A stretch of 64,000 nucleotides of DNA from assembly GCF_009914755.1 (NCBI RefSeq), contig NC_060942.1; one strand, written 5' to 3'. Shown here in pieces: positions 28,189 through 40,958 of this stretch. A program made the translations under genes and the position numbers. Below the pieces are notes generated by a model. The model ran no database searches. It saw only the letters and a program-made list of their open reading frames with translations, and was not told the DNA's origin. The stretch is from the human T2T-CHM13v2.0 reference genome, Homo sapiens. Every line of letters starts with the position of its first letter. The first letter of the stretch is position 1.

Positions 28189-29934
28189 AATATGTAGTCT
28201 TTTGTTATGGAATTTGGTTATAAGGAGTACAACAGAAATCACATTTACTACCCTTAGGAGTTTCCATAAGCTAATGCCCATTACTAATACCTAATACCCA
28301 GTAACTGGTATGTCCCAGATACTCTGCTAGGTGCTGCTGGGCACCAGAGGTATTATAAAGCTTCTGCATCTACCCATTTTGAGCAGATGCAATAACATGA
28401 ACAGTCTTTATCTGATCATCCCATCTCGAATCATCTCACATCCTCAAGCCATAGTATTTAGAACTAGAAAGAGGTTAGTGGTTTTCCGTTGCTCATCATT
28501 CATTTTACAGTTGAAGAAACTGAAGCCTTTTATCTGACAAGTCAGCTTTACCCCTAGCAGAATGTATACAATATTTTTAATATATAAAGATATATATTTC
28601 ACAGTCACAGTGTTACACAGGTAGATAATCTTTTCCCTTCGTGGTTCCACACAACTGTATTTCATTCTAGATACAGGTCTTTGCATTTGGTGTCTTCTTT
28701 CAGAGTGCTTCTTATCTCCCATGGCTGACATTTTGATGAAAATCTTGGCTGACAGAGGAAAATATGTAGAGGTCACTAATCTATTTTGTTATAAGAAATC
28801 AAAGAAAATTATTTTCCGAAGTTTTCATCAAATATCTTCCATAAAACCAATAATGTTAAAAAATGTTGGTGATCTGATATACATTTAGGTTGGTTGGAAG
28901 GGGTTTCTTATTTGGAATATTTAATTGGGCATGAACTACTTGGGGTATTCTTGTCTACCGTAGTGGGGTCACAGATGTGCTCATACTGTATTTTATGTAG
29001 AAAGAAAATATAGCTTCTATATTTTCAACAAAGTAAGCTGCTTTTTTCCTTAAGAAACCACACCTTAATCGGTCTCAGGAAACTTACACTTATCAATTAA
29101 AAATAGGTCAATGTCTTCTGGTTTAATTGGACTCCTTTCAGTCCAATTAAAGTTCAACTCCCTTTGTTTCCATGGTCTCGTTATACTTGATCTCTGTAGG
29201 AAATCTGCCTCATTCATTATCTTTTCTGCAATTCGACACTGGTAGGGAGGTCTGAGTGTTTGACTATATGCACCGGGTAACAGAGGAGTACATACTTACA
29301 CTTCCTTGTTTGGGAGTGGCTGGATGGTTAACTAGTGAGCTGGCTTGAGCAGGGTCCTTGGGCATCTTCTGATGCTGGTGACGGTGGCCTCATTCATTTG
29401 CATCTGGTGTCTGCATGCACTGCAGCCTCTTGTGCTCTCATTCCAAGCATCCCTGGGTCCTCTACTACCCTCTGCACCTCTAGGACTATCATGGCAGCAA
29501 GGAGAACTTCTAATTTTTTGCATTCTCTGCCTCAGGGACATTTATCCAAGCCTCCTCTTACCATCACCTCCATGTTGAGTGAAGTGTCCAGCCAAAAGCT
29601 TAGTACTTCCAGGAGCCCTAGGCATCCACCAATTCTGATGCTTTCAGACTTCTTCTGATCCACCCTCATGTTTCCATGGCCATCTCCCCAGCTCAAGGTT
29701 TGGTCTTGAGGGATGTGGGACAGCATTTATTTTACTTGTCTGTCCTGGCATTTGATTTTTATTTGACTTTCCCTAAGTCATGGCCTTCTCCTTCTGATTT
29801 TATCCTCATGACTCAATCCTAAAAACTAGCTAGTGTGCAGAGAGAGAAACCAGCATCCCAACCGAGGAACACAAATTACAGGGCATTTCCAAATCAACAT
29901 GTCTGCTTCCTGTTTTATAGACCTGTATAAAGCC

Positions 29935-30140
29935 TCCTCATCCTTCTCCTCCCTGTCTCACTCCCAAACAGTTCTTATCCCTTCATCTCTAATTTCTTTC
30001 CTCTTGCCTTTTTTTCTCCCCCTTACTTTTCTCCTTCTCCTCTTTTTTATTCCTTCACCTCCTTCTTTTTCTTTTTCTTTTTCTTTTTCTTTTCCTCCTC
30101 CTCCTCTCACTCTCTCCCTCTTTCTCTTTCTTTCTGTCTC
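29935..30140 (+). repeat. Pyrimidine-rich (CT) low-complexity tract
   Basis: Almost all C/T, including (CTTTTT)n. Confidence 0.85.
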
Positions 30141-30544
30141 TGCTGGGAATACTTGTGAAAATCAGTTTACATTTTTCATCTTAGTTTCTCCACCTCTTAA
30201 GTAGGGAAAGGAAAACTGAGATCAATTTTTAATTTCTCTGGAATCATAAAGGAATAATTAGTTAGCAGTTAGAGATTATCTTGAACAACTTGGATAAAAT
30301 TAACAGCACAAGTATTATTAATATTGCTCAAAGTATCAGACTTTGAAGAGGTTGTAGGGGCAATGGATGACTCTATTACAAAGAATGCACTTAGAAGATG
30401 GACAAAGTGTCTCCTGACCTGGGTTTCTAAGACCAAAGAAGGTGGAGAGAAACTCAACAAGTATGCAAAATTATCCTTACCTAAGGAATACAAAAACATA
30501 GTTATCTACTTTATCTGAAAATATGTTTATCAGTCATTTTGTGA

Positions 30545-31010
30545 GATCTATTTAAAAAATTTTTTAAATAAATCTAAAACATACATACGAATATGTACAC
30601 ATAAAATTTATAGCATAATAAATTATCTCACATTGAACACATCTATGTAACCAGCTCTCAACTCAAGAAATAAACATGACCAGGGCCACAGAGGTGCGTT
30701 GTCTTCCCCATTCTAAGCACTACCACCTGAAGGGAACCATACCCTGGTTTCTAATGCCAAATATTAATCTTGCCTGCTTTTAAACTTGATTTGGATAGAG
30801 CCATGCAATGTGTACCCTTTGGGGTTTACCTTTTGCTCAGCATCTTGTTTATGAACTTCATTCATTTTCCTGTGAGTAATTGTGGTTCATCCGTTCTCAT
30901 TGCTGCATAAAGTTGTTCCAGTTTTTTGCTCCTACACATAGTACTTCTATACACATTCCTGTATGGAGCTTTTGGGGAACACATATGTTCTCATTTCCAA
31001 GTATACTTAT
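30545..31010 (-). mobile_element. Old L1ME-type 3' fragment
   Basis: 'tgaacacatctatgtaaccagc.ctcaactcaagaaataaacat', 'ccttttgctcagcatcttgtttatgaacttcattca'. Confidence 0.7.
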
Positions 31011-31487
31011 ATAGATTTGAAAGACAAAGTAGAGGTCTGTGCTGGGAATATAAATTTGGAATTTGTCATTGGAATAAAGATGATTAGAAAGGGATAGATT
31101 GCAAAGGATTTAGGTCACAGCCATGGCAAAATTTGAAAGTTAAGTCTTTGAGAAAATAGTTACTAGTGGATACAACTTCTCATTGCATTTAAAGTACCAG
31201 AAGGATAGCATCTTTGAATGGCCATCTGATGTCTCTCTTTCCTTTTGTGTTCTCCCCAGTGAACCACCTTCGGGTTTATCCTCTTGGAGACTGCCAAGTT
31301 GCAAACTTTCCCCATCTCTGTCGTTTGCCCCCACAGAAACATATCCTTTCCCAGTCAGTACTCAGGCTCTGTTACTTGGTGTCTTTCAAAAAGTCAAAGA
31401 ATATCTCTGAAACTAATCTCTTCAAGTGAGAGATAGAGAAAAACCAACCCTACAGGGGATGTTCCCAGGTAATACGGGAGCATTTGA

Positions 31488-31582
31488 TATCTATCTATCT
31501 ATCTATCTATCTATCCATCCATCCATCTAATATATCTATCTATCATCTTATCTACCTATTTGTCTATCCATCATCTATCATT
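31488..31582 (+). repeat. (TCTA)n/(TCCA)n microsatellite
   Basis: Direct tetranucleotide repeats. Confidence 0.9.
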
Positions 31583-32249
31583 TTTATCAGTGTAACCTAA
31601 GCTGGTTATAACAATTCACACATTACAGAAATATATAATGTAGAAATTAAGGTTTCATGGAATTTCTTCAATACTCTCATAACCACTGATGTGTATTATT
31701 GTCATACTGTTTTCTATGTTGTTGCTGTTTCAGCAAAAATGGTCACCACACTACTTAAGCACTATTCTATAACTTGCTTTATTTACTTACTGTAGCTGGG
31801 CTATCCTTCCTTTGTATAGCTTTAATAATTACTTAAGGGATCTAGGTTTGATAAACCAGTCTTCATTAACTAATTCTAAATGGCAATTCTTATGGTTGAA
31901 ATTTCGGAATAAGTAGCAAGGGAAGATAAAACCATAGTAGTCCATGAAACTGAAATTCTGAGGGCTGGCAGACCATTTATCCATTTTCTCTATGCTAAGC
32001 TGGAGGTAAGATATTAAACTCTATGGCTTTTTCCTTACCAAGCATTAGTTAGCACACAGCAAATTCACAAATTTTAATCTTCACTAAAACTAACTGCCTT
32101 GCATGTTATATTTTCTCTTGAATTTATTGAATTAATTAAGTTGGCTCATTGTTCTTGTTTTGACCCCGTGGTCATTGGAGGTTATTATTATTTCTATGTA
32201 CTAGAGAATATGTCTTTGTCCATTTTGTGGTCAGATCTGTTAGCGGAAC

Positions 32250-32750
32250 CAAACCAGTAGTTAGTGCTTAGATTCTGGAGTGAGAGGGCCTAGGGTTGCA
32301 TCACAGCTCCAACACATTCTAGCTTTGTGACCTTGTGCAAAGGACAGCGGGTTTTTTTAACCTCAGTTTCTATATCTATAAAATTGGCACAACATATAAC
32401 AGCATTTACCCTAAAAGATGGTGGTTGTGGGAAAGGCTAAAAAATGAAGGCTATTTTCTTGTCTATTGGTAGCTTTCATGGTAATCTTTAGCATTTTCAA
32501 ATTCACTGGTCAGGAAGCATAGCTCATGAGCTACACAGAGTAGTCCATGAGGCAGGACACTGCAGTGATAAGGAGGGCAGCCTCTGAAATCAGAATGCCT
32601 GAATTCCTCCTGAGTCTGCCAACTCCTTGCTTTGTGACCTTGAGGAAGTTCTTATTCCTCTGTGCTTCCTTTTTCTTATGTGTAAAATTGGGTAATCATT
32701 ATTTTATCAGAAGATAACTGAGACAATTAAAAGATATGTCAAGTAAATCA
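32250..32750 (+). mobile_element. Two MIR copies
   Basis: 'agctttgtgaccttgtgcaa...cctcagtttctatatctataaaattgg' and 'ctttgtgaccttgaggaagtt...tgtaaaattggg'. Confidence 0.75.
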
Positions 32751-32754
32751 TTTA

Positions 32755-33088
32755 GAATTGCATTGTTCAACATGGAAGCCACTGACCACATGTGGCTATT
32801 GAGTATTTGAACCGTGGCCAGTCCAAACGGAGATGTGCTGTATGTGTAAATGACACACCAGATTTAGAACATTCGGCAGAAAAAAGGATGTAACATACCT
32901 CATTAATAATTTTTTAATTGATTACGTATCACAAAGATAATGTTTTGGATAGACTATGTTAAAGAAAATACAGTATGATAATTAAATTTACTTCTTTCTT
33001 TTAAAAAAATGTGGCTACTAGTAAATTTGACATTCTCTATGTGGCTACCATTTATCACTTGCATTATATGTCTTTTGGACAGCTCCAG
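32755..33088. mobile_element. MER33/MER3-type hAT-Charlie DNA transposon
   Basis: 'agccactgaccacatgtggctattgagtatttgaa', 'aatgtggctactagtaaattt', 'ttggacagc'. Confidence 0.8.
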
Positions 33089-34279
33089 TCTAGCGTGTGG
33101 CAAACATTCAAAACTGATCAGCTATTGTTTTAGGGGACTTCTTCCAGGTAAACAAACAATTCTTGTTTGATATACCTGTTTGTGGTCCGCTTTTCACTCT
33201 GACCCCATAGGAAAAATCATCGTGATATCATAGCTGTAGTAAAGGTGAGAGTTTGATATGGATTTGGGGGAAGGATTGTCCTGAATTTTGTTCACTGATA
33301 GAAATGCTTTTGGTGTGATCAAATCAAGGTTTTTCTCCAACAGTGGACTGAGTAATGATTGCAAACTAATTACAGCCTGCATATTGCACTTTGCTTTTCA
33401 GTAACAGCTTTCTACCAGCTGTTTCCTTTAGCAGTTGTTCATTTCAAGTAGGTACCAATGCTGTTGGAAGTGTGGGCTGCCAGAAAGCAGTTTCAACTCT
33501 TTGCTTCAAATTGAAATCTGTATTTTTTTTTTACATATTTTTTTTTCTTAACGGCCCTTCAAAATCTACATAACTCTAAGGCTAATTTCATAGCACCCTT
33601 TCTGGTCTCTTTTTCAGAAAAAAAATCTTTTGAAGATTGTACACAGAATGGTACAAAATCTCAAGTTTAATTAAGCTTTAGCAAAAATATCCTTTAACCA
33701 CTACATTTGTTTCTCGCTTTATTCCCTCATAGCCTGCAACGCTTCTGAAGTATACTTTCAAGTAGAGATTCAATAGAGCCATTTAGAGTAGTCGTTACTG
33801 TAGATTAAATAACTATTCCCATCTGGCTCATGAAATATATAATCTGTATTCCTCTCTGGATAATAAATACAGTAAGTAACTACTTACCATCCCTTAGACC
33901 ATCACTTTTGTCTGTTCCGGTGGGTTTTTCTTTATTATCTATCAATGAGGTATTTTCATTAACGCTTTCCTTACAAAGAAACATTCCCTATGGGCTTCTT
34001 TCTACAGAGAAAGGCATTATCCTGGTTCCTCAGACCCCAGCAGGCTTCAGATGTCTAATGGTGACGAGTAATGATTGGTATTTATTGAGCACCTACTGTG
34101 TAGTAGGCACAAAAACATAGAGACAATGCTAAATGATTTGTATACATCATCTCATGCAAATATTTTAAAAAACTATTTGCGGGGCATTCTTATGCTTTTA
34201 GAGTCTAGGAAACTGAGATTCAGAATCCCAAAGCCTGTAAGTAGCTAAACTGAGATTCTAATCTAGATTTGTTTGACTC

Positions 34280-34637
34280 TGTATTAGCTTTTTCTCATGC
34301 TGCTAATAGACGTACTCGCAACTGGGTAATTTATAAAGAAAAGAGGTTTAATGGACTGATAGCTCCACATGGCTGAGGAGGCCTCACAATTATGGCAGAA
34401 GGAGAAGGGAAAGCAAAGTCACATCTTACATGGTAGCAGGCAAGAGGCCTTGTGCAGGGGAACTTTCCTTTATAAAACCATCAGATCTTATGAGACTTAT
34501 TCACTATCATGAGAACAGCATAAGAAAAACCTATCCCCGTGATTCAGTTACCTCCCGCCGGGTCCCTCACATGACACATAGGGATTATTATAATTCACAC
34601 TGAGATTTGGGTGGGGACACAGAGCCAAACAAAATCA
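34280..34637 (-). mobile_element. THE1 solo LTR nested in a MIR (~34060-34670)
   Basis: TGTATTAG...GGGGACACAGAGCCAAACAAAATCA with a perfect TSD GACTC. Confidence 0.94.
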
Positions 34638-34853
34638 GACTCCAAGTCCAATGATCGTCACTTCTAAGTCAGGGGCTGCAAATGGGACTGAGCACCATAG
34701 GAGCTAGATGATACATTGAGGTGTGGGAACAGCACATGAACACTTGTATTTCGATATATGTTTACTTATCTTTTTGAAATTTCTATGCTTACATATGTTT
34801 TACAATGTATAAGATAGATCAGTACAACATCAACTATAAGAAACAGCTGCAAA

Positions 34854-35168
34854 AGCCTGGGTGCAGTGGCTCACACCTGTAATTCCAGCACTTTGGGAGG
34901 CCGAGGCAGGTGGATCACGAGGTCAGAAGACTGAGACCATCCTGGCTAACATGGTGAAACCCCGTCTCTACCAAAAAAAAAAAAAAAAAGTATAAAAAAT
35001 TGGCTGGACGTGGTGGCTGGTGCCTGTAGTCCCAGCCACTCAAGAGGCTGAGGCAGGAGAATGGTGTGAGCCCAGGAGGTGGAGCTTGCAGTGAGCCGAG
35101 ATCCCGCCACTGCACTCCACTGGGTGACAAGAGTGAAACTCCGTCTCAAAAAAAAAAAAAAAAAAGAA
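34854..35168 (+). mobile_element. AluY with expanded A-rich linker
   Basis: 'gagaccatcctggctaacatggtg', 'gagaatggtgtg', 'ggagcttgcagtgagccgag'. TSD GAAA(C/T)AGCTGCAAA. Confidence 0.95.
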
Positions 35169-35245
35169 AGGAAATAGCTGCAAAAGTTTACAGGTGTTGG
35201 GAATGTACTCTCGATTTTTTTCTTTTCTGATAAGTTTTCATCTCT

Positions 35246-35280
<35 letters not shown>

Positions 35281-35934
35281 TCTCACATTTTACCACAGCC
35301 TTGGAGGAACTAACGAGAATTGCACCATCCAAAACTGTAATGCATGAAATGTATGGTGATAATAAATATGATCCAACATTTAAAACTTTTAAAACTGATC
35401 TACATTCTTTGTCCTTGTCTTTACTATAACTTAAACAAACATTCATGTATAAGGGGGTACATTCCCTTGGGGTTAACCACATTTTTCTCACCTTCGTTCC
35501 TAAGTAAATGGATGCTGTAGCCACTTCTAACCACTGCTGCCTGTTCCTACCACCTATTCTCAGCTCACCTTGGACCTCTGCTTGCTTTACTGCTTACTTC
35601 TGCTTCCTGGAATCTGAGATGAATAATTGCCCATGTTGCAATGTTGCCACAACCATGCTGGCCTCAACTAGGCAAAGAAGACTATGATGCATTTTATTGC
35701 CTTGGGCTCTAGGTATCTTCATGCAACTAACACAAGTTGGCTTTCTGTGCAACAGCCTTTATTAAAAGTTAGTGGCTGTGAAGAGAAGCAACTAAATAGG
35801 ACTAGCTCCAGAAACCAAGGGAAAGGGAAAAACTTTGCCTCCTTGCCTTAAGAATCTCACAGTTTTCTTCTTTCTTTTCTTCCTCCTCCTTCTCCTTTTT
35901 TTGACTCAGAGATGCAGAGATAGAGAAAGATATA

Positions 35935-35987
35935 TATATGTATATGAAGAAAGTCCTCTCTCTCTCTCTCCATATATATATGGAGTC

Positions 35988-36036
<49 letters not shown>

Positions 36037-36098
36037 TTTCCTAAAGAGGAATGGAAGTTACATTGTGAGATATTGAAGAAAGACCTCTCCCTCTCTCC

Positions 36099-36130
<32 letters not shown>

Positions 36131-36218
36131 CTATCTATATATATATATATATAGCCACATAGAGAGAGAAAGAGAGGGAGAAAGGGAAAGAAGGAGAGGT
36201 CTTTCTTCATATACATAT

Positions 36219-36250
<32 letters not shown>

Positions 36251-36301
36251 GTCTTTCTTCAGTATCTCACAACATAATTTCCATTCCTCTTCAGGAAAAT
36301 C
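35935..36301. repeat. Compound inverted repeat with (TA)n, (CT)n, (TCTA)n and (GA)n microsatellites
   Basis: Arms 36034-36089/36246-36301 and 35935-35960/36194-36219 are reverse complements. Confidence 0.9.
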
Positions 36302-36698
36302 TTATCTCTAGCCCACTGGCATGGTCTCACATCTTCCCACATCAGGATAATCCATGTGTATAATAATTAACAGTAGCAAAAGTCCACAGATGAGTCACTG
36401 AGTCTAGAATAAGGACTTGAACAGAACCACCAGGGTGGGATTTACATTCCAACTGTGGTTCTTGAAAGCCTTTTCCATGAGCAGGAAGCAAAGATTTGTG
36501 CCTGCCCTTCATCTAGTGTCATTTTGGTCTCCTGTGGGGAATTCTTGGTGGGCACATGCATACACACACACACTTCTCCAAAGTAAACAGTAATTCTCTA
36601 AGGTGGTAGAATTTAAACCCACACTAAAGAGGAGAATCATTATTTGAAAACCATATTGCCTGAATGATTATCCTTGCCATAATGTAGAGGTATTTTGC

Positions 36699-37373
<675 letters not shown>

Positions 37374-37951
37374 ACAATCGCTTTTTTGATACCTAGTTTG
37401 AGTCAAGTCCTGAGATACTGAGTTGATTTCAATAAACAGTGCTTATCCATAAGTATCTTACACGCTCAAGCAGATAGACAGATATACATAAGTTGCTAAA
37501 ACAGTGTGATTTGTTGTGTACTTATGTGCAAAAGGCTTTGCAAATATTGAAAAGAAGCAAGATATTTTTCTTGGGGGAGTAGAAAATGATTTATGGAAGA
37601 GAGAACAGTGGTGCCAGGGTTAAATGAACATAATAGATTTCACTGGCAAGGGATGTAGGACAGAGCACTTAAAGTAAACCTTGCTCCTTGCTTGTCTGTT
37701 TCACATTTTAAATATCCCATTTTCTATCCATTTGTCCAAAATTGGCCCATTTCAAGTAGCATTTCTAAATTGGATTTTTTTTTCCATGCTGGTTGATGCC
37801 TTTACCATTCATTTGAAAGTTTTCCTATTCTACCTAGAGTTAGTTTTTTTTCAAGCTACATAGCCATCATCTCCCCAAGACACATTATATAGAAATGTAC
37901 ATAATCACATATATATGGACAAATGGCTCTTTCTAACTCCCTAGCCTGGGG

Positions 37952-39489
37952 ATTTGCATATGGTAGACATTCAAACAGGTTTTGTTGATCACAGTAAACC
38001 CAAAGTCCCAGTTTGTATAGAGAGCCACATCCAGAGTTGAAGACACTGAGGTTGGTATCATATTTGGAAAAAAATGCAAAATAAAAACAAAAGGGAGCAG
38101 CATAAAGCAAGCCAACAAAAATATTCCCCATGCACGCTTGTCATAAGCCTCACTCTCCTCAGGAATTTTGCAGGAATCACTGATTCTCATGGCTTTTGCT
38201 ATACATCCCTCCATAAAGATAGATGCTGCTGCTTCCTCCGTGTCCCTAAAGAATTTGTCATGGAGTTTTGAGGGACAACTGGAAACGGGGGAAGGAGCCC
38301 TCATTTGCTAGGATGGCCATGACAAAGTAGGACTGACTGGGTGGCTTAAACAACAGAAATTCATTTTCTCGCAGTTCTGGAGGCTAGAAGTCTGAATCAC
38401 GCTGACAACAAAGTTGGTTTCTTCTGGGGCCTATCTCCTTGGCCTTCAGATGGACAATGGCTCTCTGTGCCCTCACATAGTCTTCCCTCTGTGCATGCCT
38501 GTGCCCTGATGTCCTCTTGTTGTAGACACCAGTCATATTGTTTTAAAGCTCATTCAAAAAGCTTCATTTTAACTTAATTGCCTGTAAAGACCCTGTGTCC
38601 AAATACTGTCACATTCTGAGTTAGTGGGGGTGAGAACATCAACATACGAATTTGATGGAACACAATTCAGCCCATAACAGGGACTAAGAGCCCCACAGCA
38701 GGACTAGAAGATAAAAGCAAAGCAGTGACTAGAGCCCATGGGGGATTGTAACAGGGACTGAGTCAGGGCCACAACTGGAGATTCATGGGGTTTACTGCAG
38801 TAATTGGGAAGCAACAAAAGAAATCCAAACACAGTGTTAGTGTTCAAACCAGAAGAGAGGGTCCCAAACTCCATTTCAAGAGTCTCATCTTGTAACAGGT
38901 GCCGGTCAATCAAGGTATTGCCAACAGTCACCTGCTGGGTAAATAGATGGTGAGGCTGGGTGCTGCAGTACTTCTGATCTTGATAACAGGCATGGGGTAC
39001 AGAGAAATGAAGTCACTGCATCAGGAGTTGAGGGCTTGGTAACCTAAGAAATGGGCAAAAACTGTAAGGCCACAGGGCAGAGAGGCCATGAGAGAGGCAA
39101 GGCTATTCATGCAAAGGGTTAGCAGCAGGCCTGGCAGGCTGATCAAGCAGGTGGGGAGACAGAGGCAGGGCAGATTCCCCAGGAAGCAGTATAGAAGAGA
39201 GAGCTTTTCATGGGACACATGGGACCAGTCCTGTGGATGCCCAGTGAGCTTGGAAAGCTGCTGAGCTGGTTCTGGGGAGGTGGCAAGACTCAGGCACTGA
39301 GACCATGAAGTGGAGTGGTCATAGCATTAACTGTTTTCAAAGATAGGTCTCCTTTTTAAGGCCAAGAAGTCGGCTTAGTGAGAAGATGGTGGAGTTGACA
39401 ATAGTTTTGAGTTGGTGAAGATTATCGGGCAGGGTAGAATCTTACAATTTGCATATAGTAGACATTCAAACACGGTTTGTTGATCACAG
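37952..39489 (+). repeat. 43-bp direct repeat pair at 37952-37994 and 39447-39489
   Basis: ATTTGCATAT(G/A)GTAGACATTCAAACA(GGT/CGG)TTTGTTGATCACAG, 40/43 identical. Confidence 0.9.
38303..38679 (-). mobile_element. MLT1 (A/B/C-type) MaLR LTR
   Basis: 'ctgggtggcttaaacaacagaaattcattttctcgcagttctggaggctagaagtc', ends 'cacaattcagcccataaca'. Confidence 0.88.
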
Positions 39490-39503
39490 GCTTGCGTTTA
39501 GAG

Positions 39504-39875
39504 CAGTGGTCGTCAATCTTGAGGATGCATCAGAATTACCTGGACGACAAGTGAGACACAGGTTACTGGGCCCCACCCATAAAGTTTCTAATTCAGTAGG
39601 TCCGGAGTCAGGCCTGAAAATTTGTATTTTTAACAGGTTTTTAGGTAACGCAGATGCTGTTGGTCCAAGGATCAAACTTCGAGAATCACTGCTTTAGGTG
39701 CAAGGTTTTCAACCCTAGACATACATTAGAATCACCTGAGAAGCTTAAAAAATATATCGCCAAGCCTAGGCTACATTCCAGACCAATTGAATATAAATTA
39801 CTAGGTGTGGGACCCTGGCATTAGAACTTTTCAAAGCTCCGCAGGTGATTCTAATACAGCCATGTTGGAAAACAA
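39504..39875. mobile_element. Two adjacent MER5 hAT MITEs (39504-39691 and ~39701-39875)
   Basis: CAGTGGT...GAGAATCACTG TIRs; 'catcagaattacctgg', 'cattagaatcacctgag', 'caggtgattctaat'. Confidence 0.82.
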
Positions 39876-40619
39876 GTTGTATCTTGATTTAGTGGGAAAT
39901 TATTTGGATATTGGCGTTGGCTAGTAGCATGTATTATGTCATATTCTCACTACATAATACCACAAAGTTTAGTATCTTATGCCACAATGTAAAGTTGTTC
40001 TCTGTGAGTTAAAACAGCTGCCATTCATCAGTCCTATACCCCTTAACAGGTGGAGGTGGAGGAAAAATCCCACGGCCATTGACCAGCATTGAAGGGTCAT
40101 GTGATATGCTCCAATGAGAGCAAAATCACCACCAATTTTAGCAGCAAGGAAGTTATTTGCTGCTTAGCACTTACTCTACAATCACTGTGCTGCAAACCAA
40201 GAAATAAATATAGTTTAGTAACGTAGAGAGCAGTAAATAACACATAAAGAGTGAGAATTGCTTTAATTTCCTCTGTGCTAGTCCCAAAGTCAGCAAATGT
40301 TCTTGAGCCTCTTAAAGGGGGCAAAGGATTTGGGAGACTGGCTTTGGCTGGTGCTTTTCAATTTGATTTTCCTTTATGGGTTGAAAAAAGCCCCCAGAGA
40401 GAGGTATTCATGTGAAACTTAAACGAAAAATTAATGCAACTTTAGGAACCAAATTTATGACCCAGTGCCACACTTTCGATGGTTTACTGAGCTTGCCTCC
40501 CTTCCTGTTCCTTTTCCCTTCCCAGGAGAACCCACTTTTGGTCAGATCTCATCTCTTCTTCCTTTGGCCACCTGCTGACAAGAGCTGGTGTAGGTCCATG
40601 TTGTTGGTTTCATTTTTCT

Positions 40620-40958
40620 TGTGAATGAATTATATGTGTGTGGGCATGTGAAGAAATTCAGGCTGGAGAAGTGGGAGGAGAAATACACAAGGAAGGATTA
40701 CTTGACAATTACAGGAGGCAAACAGAAAGATATGCAGTCTTTTTTCTGCATGTGGTCATGGCTCCACGGTCACCATCTCAGAGCTTTGAGGGGTGCTGCT
40801 CTGAGAATAAACGCAGAATAGAAAGATGATCCCGCTCAGTCTGAATTGACTATCCCCAGAGAACATCTTGTTATATGAGATAATAAATGCCTTATTGTTT
40901 AAGTCAGTTGAGTCAGGGTTTCTTATTCCTTGCAGCTGAAGGCACAACAACTGATACA
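40620..40958 (+). mobile_element. Old MaLR LTR (MLT1I/J/K-like)
   Basis: 3' end 'tgagataataaatgccttattgtttaagtcagttgagtcagggtttcttattccttgcagctgaaggca...ctgataca'. Confidence 0.65.

Noticed and set aside
28444-29658. 110-aa and 107-aa ORFs in unique DNA as exons or processed pseudogenes
   Set aside because: No recognisable protein similarity, poly(A)/TSD or consistent splice signals.
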